The position numbers and the translations under genes were made by a program. This document shows, in pieces, positions 19,956-29,663 of a stretch of 64,000 nucleotides of DNA. How positions within the stretch are numbered: the first letter of the stretch is position 1; each line of letters begins with the position of its first letter. Where the stretch lies: contig OZ244593.1 of assembly GCA_965218195.1 (NCBI GenBank), forward strand, positions 1,204,873 through 1,268,872, in the 5' to 3' direction. This stretch comes from Chloroflexota bacterium (GTDB lineage Bacteria > Chloroflexota > UBA11872 > VXNJ01). Under the pieces are notes generated by a model, which saw nothing but the letters and a program-made list of their open reading frames with translations, searched no databases and was not told the DNA's origin.

Positions 19956-21998
19956 CTAAGGCGTGAACGCCACCGTCGCGATGGTGCCGGAATCGGACCG
20001 AATATCGAACGTCCCGGCCATGTCTCTCGTCACTAGCTGACGGATGATCTCCAGACCAAGCCCGGCGTCCCGGCTCACGTCAAAGCCCTCCGGCAGACCA
20101 GGTCCGTCATCGCGCACGATTACGCAAACTCGGCTGCCATCCAGTCCGATGGCGATCTCTATTGAACCCCGTTCACGACCGGCGAACGCATGGATGATGG
20201 CATTCCATATCAGCTCGTTTACCACCAAAGCCATTACCATCGCCTTGTCGGCGTCAATCTCGACCCGGTCGCCCTCGACGTCGAGCGAGATGTCCTTGCC
20301 AGCGGCGGAAACGTCCGACCTCACCATGTCCATGATCGCCTGAACGATCTCGACAATCGTGGTCACGTTTAGCTTCCGGCCTGAGAGCAGGTCGTGCACG
20401 GCGACCATGCCGGCGATTCGCCCGGCGCTCAGATTCAGGAGATCTGCGGCCTCGTTTGAATTCGTGTGCCTGGCCTGCAATGAAAGCAGCGACGCGACCG
20501 TTTGAAGATTGTTCTTCACGCGATGATGCAACTCGCGGAGCAGCAGGCTGTTCCGCTCGAACCCATCCCGGGTTTCTTGATACAGGCGCGAGTTCTCCAT
20601 TGCTATGGCGGCCTGATCCGCAAACGCCTGCACCAGCCTTACCGTATCCGAAGGGAACTCGTGGAACTCATTTGTGTACACGCTGATTCCGCCCAGCGCC
20701 TTGCCGCGAGCGGTCAGCGGTACGCACAACATCGACCTGTATCCCTCCCGATGGATGAGCTCCTTGGAAACTGCGAGCCGCGGGTCCTCCAGAGCATTGG
20801 CGACGATGATGGGCCGTCGAGTCTCGAACACGGTTCCCATAACGCCCTCGCCGATTGCAAGCGTCAGCCCGCGGTACGGCTCGGAAAGTTGATGGGCGGC
20901 GACGATGGAAAGCCGCCCGGTCTCCTCGTCCAACTCGAATATGGCCGCCTTGTCGGCGTCGACAATGGCCGCCGCCCGGTGCACGATGGAGTCCAGCACG
21001 TTACGGTAGTCGAGACTTGAAGTAATGGTCTGCCCGGTGCGCTGCAACGTGGTTAGTTCATCGATGCGCCGGTGCAGCTCGGCGTCTGTTTGCTCGTAGA
21101 TGCGGGCGTTCCACATCGCCATGGCAAGCTGTCCGGCCGCCGTCTCCACGAACTCGATTTCGACTGCCGTGAAGTCCCGATATTCGCGGCTGTGCATGCT
21201 CAACACGCCCAGCAGGCGGTTTACGGTGAACAGGACGATCGGGACGACCAGGATGCTTCGATACTTTTCTTCGTACAGGTCGGGAATGAAATGGAATCGG
21301 GGATCGTTCCAGGCGTCGCGGACGGCTATCGGCTTACCCAGCTCGGCCGCCATTCCGGATATCCCCTCTCCGATCGCCAGCGACACCTTGTCAACAAGCT
21401 CCGGATTCATTCCGTCAGTCGCGTGAAGGACCAGCCTGTTGGTCTGCTCGTCGAGCATGAATACCGAGCATTCTTCCACCTGCATAACGTCCGTTATCGC
21501 GCGCGCGGTTAGCTGCGTCGTCTCCCTGAGATCGAGCGAAGAGTTGGCGGCGGCGTTGATTTTCTTGATGGCGTCGAGGCTGGCCTCGACGCTGCTTCTG
21601 GATCGGTTGTCGCCATTCAGACTCGGCTGACCGGCGTCGCGCCAGGCCTCGGAGATTGCCTCCAGCACTACCTTTGTCAGCCGTTCGTGCTGGTCTAGGA
21701 GCTCTCCGCGGGCATTCGCCGCGCCATCGACGGTAAACGCTTCACCGACACCGGAATTCAAAGCCGCGCAGGCGTTGGACAAGACTGCGCTCAACGGCGT
21801 TCCGGCCGCGGCCTGCTCTTCCGCCGCGAGCTTGAGCCGGGCCAGGAAATCAGGATCGCCGGACTGATCGAGGGCGATTGCAAGCAGCTCGGCTGGGGCC
21901 ATGCCGGTCCCGTCGAGTCTGCCTCCCGTCAACCAGGCGCAGATAAAAGGATAGCTATTCCGTACCGCTTCGATGGAGATGCTGAAGGTTGAAGACAT
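19956..21998 (-). CDS. Multi-sensor histidine kinase: two GAF domains, a HisKA_2 H-box and an HATPase_c domain.
   Basis: H-box LHHRVKNNLQTVASLLSLQ (HisKA_2 family), C-terminal GLGLEIIRQLV G2-box, two GAF-like regions. No cognate response regulator is adjacent. Confidence 0.8.
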   Translation of the reverse strand: MSSTFSISIEAVRNSYPFICAWLTGGRLDGTGMAPAELLAIALDQSGDPDFLARLKLAAEEQAAAGTPLSAVLSNACAALNSGVGEAFTVDGAANARGELLDQHERLTKVVLEAISEAWRDAGQPSLNGDNRSRSSVEASLDAIKKINAAANSSLDLRETTQLTARAITDVMQVEECSVFMLDEQTNRLVLHATDGMNPELVDKVSLAIGEGISGMAAELGKPIAVRDAWNDPRFHFIPDLYEEKYRSILVVPIVLFTVNRLLGVLSMHSREYRDFTAVEIEFVETAAGQLAMAMWNARIYEQTDAELHRRIDELTTLQRTGQTITSSLDYRNVLDSIVHRAAAIVDADKAAIFELDEETGRLSIVAAHQLSEPYRGLTLAIGEGVMGTVFETRRPIIVANALEDPRLAVSKELIHREGYRSMLCVPLTARGKALGGISVYTNEFHEFPSDTVRLVQAFADQAAIAMENSRLYQETRDGFERNSLLLRELHHRVKNNLQTVASLLSLQARHTNSNEAADLLNLSAGRIAGMVAVHDLLSGRKLNVTTIVEIVQAIMDMVRSDVSAAGKDISLDVEGDRVEIDADKAMVMALVVNELIWNAIIHAFAGRERGSIEIAIGLDGSRVCVIVRDDGPGLPEGFDVSRDAGLGLEIIRQLVTRDMAGTFDIRSDSGTIATVAFTP

Positions 21999-22326
21999 TC
22001 TGAAAGCTTACAGCCGCGGTTTCGCGAATCTGCGAAATCAGGGGCGTTGCCGTGACTCGAACCTGCCGAAAGACTACACCACCGACGAAGCAAACCGAGT
22101 CCGTCTCTCCGTTTGTCCCGAGCCTGTCAAATGGACGAACGACGAACCCGTAGGCGTAAGCCTGCTCGCTCTCAGCTTCAATCCCCGCCTTCGCGGGGAC
22201 ATGCGCAATACTTCAGCGTGAACAGGTCCTGGCCGGTTGACAGCCTGACCCAATCGAACGCCTGCGGCGCGTGGCAAAGCTGCATCGACGCCCCAGGCCG
22301 CGGCAAAGATCGTTCCGCCGCGCGTG

Positions 22327-24315
22327 TCAGTCCGGCGGCGTGCCCTGACCCTTGTTATTCGCCCCCCAACAGACGATGGAGCCATCGGCCCGCACCCCAC
22401 AAGTGTGGGTCAGGCCGGAGCTGATTGACCGAAAGGTGGTGAGCGGTGGGTCGACTTGGCCGGCAGCGAAGGGGCGATGACTTCCGTCTGCTCCCCAACA
22501 CACGGCAGCCCCGCCGGTCCTCAGCCCGCACGTGTGGTGGAAACCGGCGCTCACTGATCCGAACGCCCCTGCTGGCGCGGTGACCGCACCGTATGAGTTC
22601 GATCCCCAACAGGCCATGAAGCCGTTGGTGCGGATGGCGCAGCTGTGGTAACCACCCGAGCTGACAGAGCGAAACTTGCCTGCTGGCGGCGTGGCCCGAC
22701 CGTCATCGTTGTTTCCCCAGCAGGCGAGCGTTCCGTTGGTCCGTAGGGCACAGGCGTGATTATGGCCGGTGCTAACGATAGTGAATGTGCCCGTTGGCGG
22801 TTCGTGCGCATCCGCTGAACTCCCGCCCCAGCAGGCGATGACGCCATCGGTGCGAACCCCACAGGTGAAAGCGCCACCGATACTCACTTCAGAGAAGCGC
22901 CCCGATGGGGCCGTCGCCCTGCCAGCGCGATTGTCTCCCCAGCAGGCGGCAGTATCGTCCGTCCGAACACCGCAGGTGTAGTAGCTGCCGGCGCTTACGG
23001 AGCGATACCTGCCCGGGGGCGGCGCGGTTTCGCCGGCGACATCGTATCCCCAGCAGGCGATGCTGCCGTCCGTCCGGATCCCGCACGTGTGGTCCCAGCC
23101 CGCGCTGACTGACGACCACTCGGAAACGGGTTCCGGAGGTCTGCCGGCCCGGTGGCGCACTATCCACTCGTCAACGGTCTGCCGCGTTTGATCGCCGTCG
23201 ATCAGGAAATTCGCGCCTTCTACACCCTCCACGGCGCCGCCGCCCAGCTTCGCGGTTGTGACCCCGATCACGCCGCCGCGCAGGTTGAGACCCGGCCCGC
23301 CGCTATTGCCGGGGTTGGCTGTGGCGTCCGTCTGAAGCCAGCCGGGATGGCGGGCGGACAGGATGCCGCGGGTGACCGTGAGCGTTTCCAGGCAGAGCGG
23401 ATAGCCCAGGATAACCAAGTCCTCGCCCAATTCCAGGCTGGCGGAACTGCCAAACGCCAAGAATGGATGGCTACCACCAGGCAACTTGAGTAGCGCCACG
23501 TCTGCGTCGGGGTCGTCGGCGACAACCATCGCTTGCTGTTCCTGGCCGTCGTACGTTCCGACGACCACCTGACGCGCGCCGTCGAGCACATGGCTGTTCG
23601 TGACAACGTAACCGTCCGCCGTCACCACGAACGCGCTTCCGCAACCGTCGTCTGCCGTACGGATGTATCGGACGGCTGCCTGCGATTGCTTGACCAGTTC
23701 ATTGATAGCCAGCGGCGGCCCGCTGGCGCTGGACGTCGCGGCGTCGAACGCCCAGCCGAACACTCCGCGCACGTCGTCCCGGTGATCGTTACGGCAGGCC
23801 CCTTCCGCCTGCGTGCCGAACGTGCGTTGATAGATGCCGACGTTTCCATGATTGCCCAGGTGGTTCTCCACGATGTCGTTGAGTGCCACGCAGTCGGACG
23901 GCCAGGCCATGGCTGGCAAGTTCGGGTCGGTGGATCCCTCCGCGCGGTCAAAGGCCCAGCCGAACACTCCGCGCACGTCGTCCCGGTGATCACTCTGACA
24001 GCCCTCTTCAGCCTCGTCGCCGAAGACGCGCTGATAGATGCCCACATTGCCGTCGTTACCGAGGTGGTTCTCCACGATGTCGTTGAGCAGCACGCAGTCG
24101 GTAGGCCACTGCGCTGCGACGGGCGAGGCCAGCGCCAACGCCGCTACTAGCAGCGCCAGGCTGATCAGCGCCGGAGCAAGGACGGAGCGCGCGCGTTTCA
24201 GAGCGCCGGCGCCTCTAGTGACGCCCGTCGGCGGCATCTGGCTCATGTAAGAAGAGTGACGGGGGAGATAGCACGCAGCCCTGACTTCTGACTGTCTGCG
24301 CCAGTCCGCTACCAC
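22327..24315 (-). CDS. Secreted multidomain protein: signal peptide, 2 x ~68-aa novel Cys-containing tandem repeat, trypsin-like S1 serine protease domain, then seven RCC1_2-like beta-propeller repeats. The start may be ATG at 24246 rather than GTG at 24315.
   Basis: Signal region KRARSVLAPALISLALLVAALALASPVAA. Two near-identical repeats WP(T/S)DCV(L/A)LNDIVENHLGN.GNVGIYQR.FG..AE..C..DHRDDVRGVFGWAFD. Protease motifs TNSHV (His), D, GNSGGP (Ser). Seven repeats of the form S(V/I)S.G..H(T/S)C(G/A)(I/V/L)R..G...CWG.N, i.e. RCC1_2-like. Confidence 0.75.
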   Translation of the reverse strand: MVADWRRQSEVRAACYLPRHSSYMSQMPPTGVTRGAGALKRARSVLAPALISLALLVAALALASPVAAQWPTDCVLLNDIVENHLGNDGNVGIYQRVFGDEAEEGCQSDHRDDVRGVFGWAFDRAEGSTDPNLPAMAWPSDCVALNDIVENHLGNHGNVGIYQRTFGTQAEGACRNDHRDDVRGVFGWAFDAATSSASGPPLAINELVKQSQAAVRYIRTADDGCGSAFVVTADGYVVTNSHVLDGARQVVVGTYDGQEQQAMVVADDPDADVALLKLPGGSHPFLAFGSSASLELGEDLVILGYPLCLETLTVTRGILSARHPGWLQTDATANPGNSGGPGLNLRGGVIGVTTAKLGGGAVEGVEGANFLIDGDQTRQTVDEWIVRHRAGRPPEPVSEWSSVSAGWDHTCGIRTDGSIACWGYDVAGETAPPPGRYRSVSAGSYYTCGVRTDDTAACWGDNRAGRATAPSGRFSEVSIGGAFTCGVRTDGVIACWGGSSADAHEPPTGTFTIVSTGHNHACALRTNGTLACWGNNDDGRATPPAGKFRSVSSGGYHSCAIRTNGFMACWGSNSYGAVTAPAGAFGSVSAGFHHTCGLRTGGAAVCWGADGSHRPFAAGQVDPPLTTFRSISSGLTHTCGVRADGSIVCWGANNKGQGTPPD

Positions 24316-24469
24316 GCGTCAACGATGCAACCTCCGACTCAAATGGCAGAAGCAGTCTACGCGCTCTTGGGAATTCGACAGTGCGACTGCTCTCAATACG
24401 TCCAGCGGGCGGGCACCGAGTTGAGGCGCGGTCCCTTCTTAGCGGGACTAGCCGCATCCTCTCAGGATG

Positions 24470-25765
24470 CTACGTGCGATGCCGCCGGCGAATGAACGCG
24501 GGGACTCGTACGTCGTCCGAGTCGACCGGGTACCTCATGTCGAGCCGGCGCATTACAGGTTCGGGAGCGACCTGCGCGGGCCCGGGAGCCTGATAAGTCT
24601 CGGACGGGGGGACAGGTTCCTGCTCGGCCGCAGTGGGCGCGGGGTCGGCGAAGCGGCTCTGACGGCTTACCGGCTCCGCGCGGGTCGACGCAGCCGCCGG
24701 GCGCAGCGCATCCGTCACCGGCCGCGTCTGGGGTTCGCTCAGCCCGGTCGCGATTATCGTCACCGTGAGCGTTTGAGTAGGTCTGGGATCGACCACCGCG
24801 CCGAAGACGATGCGGGCGTCCGGCAGGGCCAGTTGCGAAAGACCCTCTACAACCGTCTCGACTTCGTGAATTCCCAAGTCCTCGCCGGCGGTGATATTGA
24901 CGAGAATCGCGGCCGCCCCATCGAGCGTCGTGTCGATGAGCGGAGACCGAATCGCCTCTTCCAGAGCCGTCCTGGCGCGCGATTCGCCCGCGGCCGATCC
25001 CACGCCGAGCAGCGCCGATCCGGCGTTTCGGACGATGCTCCTCACGTCCGCGAAATCGACGTTGACGAGACCGACGTTCGTTATAAGGTCCGTAACTCCG
25101 CGGACGCCGCTCAGCAACATGCCGTCGGCGTGAACGAACGCGTCGGACATGGTCGTTTTCCTATGTACGGCGCCGAGAAGGCGGTCGTTGTTGATGACGA
25201 CGCTCGCGTCGACGTTTCCGATCAAAGCTTCGATTCCCATCTCGGCGTGAAGCCGCCGGCGCGAGCCTTCGAACGAAAAAGGCGTCGTGACGACGGCCAC
25301 CGTCAAGGCTCCGGCCTCCATGGCGAGCCGCGCAATGACCGGCGCGGCGCCCGTTCCGGTTCCGCCGCCCATTCCGGCGGTGACGAAGACCATTTCCGCT
25401 CCGGCGACCGCCATTTCCAGCTCCGCCTGACTTTCGGTCGCGGCGCGTTCTCCGAGTACGGGATCACCGCCCGCGCCGAGGCGGCGCGCGGTGCGGTCGC
25501 CAATGGCGACCTTGTGAGTCGCGCTGCACCGGGCGAGGTCTTGCGCGTCGCTGTTGACCGCCACGAAATCCACGCCCGACAACCCGGCGTCGACCATGCG
25601 ATTGATGGCGTTATTGCCGGCCCCGCCGACTCCGAAGATACGGATTTCGGTAAGTCCCTCACCTGCCGCGTGGTCGCCGCTGAACATTCTGCCCACTACG
25701 TTTTCCGGACGGCGGCGGTCGCCCAGCCGGCGCGGATCAAATGGAGCGCCTCTCTTCTCAGGCAC
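24470..25765 (-). CDS. ftsZ: Cell division GTPase FtsZ. The true start is likely ATG at 25687; the listed ORF starts at GTG 25765.
   Basis: [13 protein letters not shown], the tubulin signature [10 protein letters not shown], and the C-terminal conserved tail VPAFIRRR. Confidence 0.9.
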   Translation of the reverse strand: MPEKRGAPFDPRRLGDRRRPENVVGRMFSGDHAAGEGLTEIRIFGVGGAGNNAINRMVDAGLSGVDFVAVNSDAQDLARCSATHKVAIGDRTARRLGAGGDPVLGERAATESQAELEMAVAGAEMVFVTAGMGGGTGTGAAPVIARLAMEAGALTVAVVTTPFSFEGSRRRLHAEMGIEALIGNVDASVVINNDRLLGAVHRKTTMSDAFVHADGMLLSGVRGVTDLITNVGLVNVDFADVRSIVRNAGSALLGVGSAAGESRARTALEEAIRSPLIDTTLDGAAAILVNITAGEDLGIHEVETVVEGLSQLALPDARIVFGAVVDPRPTQTLTVTIIATGLSEPQTRPVTDALRPAAASTRAEPVSRQSRFADPAPTAAEQEPVPPSETYQAPGPAQVAPEPVMRRLDMRYPVDSDDVRVPAFIRRRHRT

Positions 25766-26519
25766 GCGCCACGACCTCCTCTACCAATGCGTCGTATATT
25801 CCCTTGGCTTTCTTGGCGCCCTTGTAGGCGTATACCGAAACTCCGGCGCTCGACGCCTCGAGAATCTTGCTATTCACCGGGATCGGAGTCTCGAAGACCG
25901 CCCGTCCCCACTTCTCACGCAGAAACTTGCTTACGCTGCTTTCTTCGCGTAGTCGCCGGTCGAATTTGCTTAGAACGACCCCTAGGATTTTGAGCTTCGG
26001 GTTTAGGTACAGCACCTCGTTGATGCTTTCATCCAGCATTTCGAGGCCCTGCAGGGAGAAGAATCGCGCCTCGGTCGGGATTATCACCCAGTCGGCTCCC
26101 ACCAGAGCGTTGACTGTCAGCAAACCAAGCGAGGGCGGAGTATCGATGAGAATGAAGTCGTAATTTGAAACGACCTTGCTTAGCTGGTCGCGAAGCCGAC
26201 TGTCACGCCCGACCTTGTTGGCCAGGCTTGTCTCAATCGACGCCATATTCAGGTCCGAGGGCATAACGTCGATCTCAACCCCTATGACGTCCGCGACGCG
26301 CAGGATCGGCGGATCGGCGCTTCGATCCATTAACGCGTCGCCGATAGTCTTGTCGACGCTGCGTTCGAGTCCAAACGTGGCGGTAAGATTCGCCTGTGGG
26401 TCCATGTCGATGAGAAGCACTCTGTACCCCCGCAAAGCCAGTCCCGCCCCGAGATTCGCGGTGGTCGTGGTCTTGCCGACGCCCCCCTTCTGGTTGGCGA
26501 CCGCTATGATTAGTCCCAC
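25758..26519 (-). CDS. parA: ParA/Soj/MinD-superfamily ATPase (deviant Walker A), immediately upstream of ftsZ.
   Basis: IIAVANQKGGVGKTTT deviant Walker A. 253 aa. GTG start. No parB ORF is adjacent. Confidence 0.8.
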   Translation of the reverse strand: MGLIIAVANQKGGVGKTTTTANLGAGLALRGYRVLLIDMDPQANLTATFGLERSVDKTIGDALMDRSADPPILRVADVIGVEIDVMPSDLNMASIETSLANKVGRDSRLRDQLSKVVSNYDFILIDTPPSLGLLTVNALVGADWVIIPTEARFFSLQGLEMLDESINEVLYLNPKLKILGVVLSKFDRRLREESSVSKFLREKWGRAVFETPIPVNSKILEASSAGVSVYAYKGAKKAKGIYDALVEEVVARA

Positions 26520-26835
26520 CTAAGCGACCTTTAATGCAGTGACATTAAATGCTGTTGACCCCACGGGGGTCGATGTTAACATAATGTCCGTGTGCCAAAC
26601 GCTTCTCACGCCGGACACACTCAACATATCGTCACTAGTCCGCTGGTCGCGCGTGTGCATACCACATATTGCGCACACCCCGTAGACACCCCTCGCCGGC
26701 GCATATACGCACCGAACTTACCGTGACTGATTCGAGGCCGCCGACCGCCCCCGCGGCAAGGATTGTAACGACATCTCTATCGGAGTAAACATCGCGCCCG
26801 GTCATCCGGCGGGTCTGACTCTCAAGAACCCCGTA

Positions 26836-27702
26836 ATGACCGCTTCCGGCACGTCGGGTTTCGGAGCCGAATATGCGCGGATTGTCGAACTCACGAAGTT
26901 GGGGGCCGTAGTCACCAAAACGGTTACGCCCCGTCCGCGCAGAGGAAACGTCACCCCCAGGACCGTCGAAACGCCGTCGGGGATGCTCAATTCCATAGGA
27001 CTGCCGAACCCCGGCATCGAGGGATTGCTGGCCCGTGAGGGCAGGGCGTGGGAGTCGCTGGGGATGCCGGTCATCGTCAGCATCGCGGGCGGTTCGGCCT
27101 GGGAGTTTAGAGACCTGGCGGCGGCGCTTGAGGGCTATCCGGGCGTTTCGGCAATCGAGGCCAATTTCTCGTGCCCCAATGTCGAGGACGGCATGGAGTT
27201 CGCCACCGATCCCGAACTACTCGCCCTGGCGACCGGGACGATTCTCGAAGCGACGAGCCTGCCGCTGATCGTCAAGCTCTCCCCGAACGTGACCGATATC
27301 CGTCCGCTGGCGGTGACGGCTCAGAAAGCCGGCGCTCACGCTCTGACTATTATGAACACGATTCTGGGAATGAAGATCGACGTTCATAATCGCCGTCCGT
27401 TCATCGGCGCGAAATTCGCCGGCCTGTCCGGCCCGGCGGTGCGCCCCGTGGGGGTCCGCCTGGTCTACCAGGCATGGCCGGAAGTCGATATCCCCATCAT
27501 CGGCGCGGGGGGTATCGGCAACGCGGAGGACGCGCTCGAATACATTCTCGCCGGAGCGTCCGCCGTCCAGGTAGGGACCGCCAGCTTCGTCAGACCGACC
27601 GCCGCGCTGGAAGTCGTCGATGGAATCGAAACCTACCTACGAAACAGCGGAAGCGCCTCCTTCGACCGGCTTGTCGGACTAGCCCATTCAGGGCCTGCAT
27701 AG
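26836..27702 (+). CDS. pyrD: Dihydroorotate dehydrogenase catalytic subunit (class 1B). The true N-terminus probably lies upstream of the first ATG.
   Basis: Motifs ASGTSGFG, NSIGLPNPGIE, NFSCPNV, LSPNV and IIGAGGI. The conserved LTLKNPV segment is encoded in frame just upstream of ATG 26836, with no canonical start between it and the in-frame stop at 26728. Confidence 0.85.
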   Translation: MTASGTSGFGAEYARIVELTKLGAVVTKTVTPRPRRGNVTPRTVETPSGMLNSIGLPNPGIEGLLAREGRAWESLGMPVIVSIAGGSAWEFRDLAAALEGYPGVSAIEANFSCPNVEDGMEFATDPELLALATGTILEATSLPLIVKLSPNVTDIRPLAVTAQKAGAHALTIMNTILGMKIDVHNRRPFIGAKFAGLSGPAVRPVGVRLVYQAWPEVDIPIIGAGGIGNAEDALEYILAGASAVQVGTASFVRPTAALEVVDGIETYLRNSGSASFDRLVGLAHSGPA

Positions 27703-27714
27703 CCCACAGCCCGC

Positions 27715-28791
27715 TTACCGCGAAAACAGGATCTGTACGATGTCACCATCCTTGACGAGGTAGTCGCGGCCTTCTTTTCTTACTAGGCTGCGGCGCCTCG
27801 CCTCCGGGTATGCGCCGGCCGCCGCCAGCTCGTCGTATGAGACCGTTTCGGCGCGAATGAATCCGCGAGCGATGTCACTGTGAATCATCTCGGCGAATCC
27901 GACGGCGTTAGTTCCCGCCGGGATAGGCCACGCCTGAACCTGCGAGGCGTTCCACGTGTAAGCGGTGGACATGGAGGCGGCTTGGTAAACCGCCCGGCTC
28001 ACCCTTGCGATTGCGCTTCCGGCGATCCCGTAGGAATCCAGCAGCTCCCGGCGGTCGTCGGGTTCGAGCTGGTCCGCCTCCGCCTCGATCTGGGACGAAA
28101 CCGCGGCGGCGGCTGTGTGCGGATAATGCCAAACTCCCCCCACGAGCTCCACGAATCGACCCCAGTTCATCACGGCGTCTTCACCGGTGTTTATCAGAAC
28201 GACGGCCGGTTTGAGAGTCAGAAAGCCGAATCCGGTCATTAGCCGCCGGTCCTGATCGCCTACGTTGATCGCGCGGACGTGCTTTCCCGCGTCGAGGCCC
28301 TCTTGCAACGAGACCAGCAAGGCTTGCTCGCGTTCAAACCCGGCGCGCTCGGCCCTTGGCGCGCGCCTGATTTCGGTCGCCAGCCGCTTGAGGCGCGATT
28401 CGACTATCAGCAAGTCGGCGACGATCAGTTCGGCGGCGACCTCTTGCAGCCGCGCCCCGATCGCTTCGGGTCCGTCGCCGTCGAGAAAGGCCGGAATCAC
28501 CGGCGCGAGCAAGTCCACCGTACGGATGGCGCTGATCCATTCCGCCTGCCGGTCGCCCGCCTCGCCGAAGCCTATGGAGCTGTAATCGACCAGTGTGAAC
28601 GTAGCCGGCGTGGTCTCTTTCACACCCAACAGAGAACCCAGATTCGCCAGGCGCTCGTCGGGCGGCGTGACGTGGGATACGAGCTGGTCGATGCGTCCCA
28701 GGCTCGCCGAAAAGCTCGCGCCGGCTGCCAGGAGCTTTACAATCTCTGTCCGGCCCGACCCACGAATTCCAACAAGACCGACCGTAATCAC
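27715..28791 (-). CDS. ychF: YchF/Ola1-family ribosome-associated ATPase homologue with a degenerate G1/P-loop.
   Basis: The C-terminal half aligns with YchF: FLTLKPAVVLINTGED, QAWPIPAGTNAVGFAEMIHSDIARGFIRAETVSYDEL, EGRDYLVKDGDIVQILFSR (TGS domain). The N-terminal P-loop reads GLVGIRGSGRTE instead of GLPNVGKST. Confidence 0.7.
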   Translation of the reverse strand: MITVGLVGIRGSGRTEIVKLLAAGASFSASLGRIDQLVSHVTPPDERLANLGSLLGVKETTPATFTLVDYSSIGFGEAGDRQAEWISAIRTVDLLAPVIPAFLDGDGPEAIGARLQEVAAELIVADLLIVESRLKRLATEIRRAPRAERAGFEREQALLVSLQEGLDAGKHVRAINVGDQDRRLMTGFGFLTLKPAVVLINTGEDAVMNWGRFVELVGGVWHYPHTAAAAVSSQIEAEADQLEPDDRRELLDSYGIAGSAIARVSRAVYQAASMSTAYTWNASQVQAWPIPAGTNAVGFAEMIHSDIARGFIRAETVSYDELAAAGAYPEARRRSLVRKEGRDYLVKDGDIVQILFSR

Positions 28792-28955
28792 GGTTTGGAG
28801 TCTACTCTTACTAACAGTCCATTAGGCCATTCGTTCTTCGACCATTCGACAGGCTCATGGTGAGCCATGTCGAACCGCTCATGGCTCAGAATGTGCTCAA
28901 AGACAAGCTTAAGGAAATCGCATTCCTGAGATTCGGGAGGTAGAGGTACCGCGTA

Positions 28956-29495
28956 TTGCCCGCTGAATGGTTCGAAAAGCACAAGCTGGCGCTGTTCGGG
29001 ATTTTGCTGGTTACGATAATCGCTCTTCAGATCGTCCAACTCATAACCGGCCGGTCCGACCCTCCCGCGTATATCTCGACGCCGGGACAGGACGCCGCCC
29101 TGCAGCGCAAGATCTACGTATCGGGCGCGGTAAACAATCCGGGCGTATACGAGGTCCAGCAAGGAGACAGGGTGAAGCAGGCCCTGGAGCTTGCGGGCGG
29201 CAGCGCGGCCAATGCGGACCTGGACCAGATAAACCTCGCTGTCCTGTTGGTCGACGAGCAGCAGGTGCACGTTCCCGAGCAAGGCGGCGCTTCAGGCGAA
29301 TCTCCAAAGATCGACCTCAACCGGGCGGAGCTTGATGAGATTACGACGCTGGACGGCATCGGCCCCGTCAGCGCCGAAAAGCTGATCGCCTACAGAAGGC
29401 TGAACGGCCCGTTCAGATCGCTCGATGACCTGCTGGCGGCGGGCCTGACGAGAAGCCAGGTGGAAAAGATCAAAGACCGCGTACTATTTCGCTGA
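28956..29495 (+). CDS. comEA: Competence protein ComEA (TM, SLBB domain, tandem HhH DNA-binding domain).
   Basis: N-terminal TM helix, SLBB region KIYVSGAVNNPGVYEVQQGDRV, and HhH region INLNRAELDEITTLDGIGPVSAEKLIAYR. Confidence 0.85.
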   Translation: MPAEWFEKHKLALFGILLVTIIALQIVQLITGRSDPPAYISTPGQDAALQRKIYVSGAVNNPGVYEVQQGDRVKQALELAGGSAANADLDQINLAVLLVDEQQVHVPEQGGASGESPKIDLNRAELDEITTLDGIGPVSAEKLIAYRRLNGPFRSLDDLLAAGLTRSQVEKIKDRVLFR

Positions 29496-29663
29496 CCCAG
29501 ACTTGAGCGGCACCGCGGAACTTCCGCGGCGAGTGAGCGCGCCTGGATGATCTGGGCGAGACGCCCTCTCCCTCTCCGGCAATCTGCAAAAATCAGACCC
29601 CCCCGCCGGATCGGGTGAAACAATAGGGTGTTACGGTAACCGCGCATCGCTTTTCCCCGTCGC

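Noticed and set aside
22041-22075. tRNA-like T-arm signature on the minus strand (GGTTCGAGTCAC...) in the 330-bp gap between the protease gene and the histidine kinase. Possible tRNA, tmRNA or integration-site remnant.
   Set aside because: I could not fold a cloverleaf. The T-stem does not pair, no acceptor-stem complement is nearby, and there is no D-arm. It is probably chance similarity; at most a decayed tRNA fragment.
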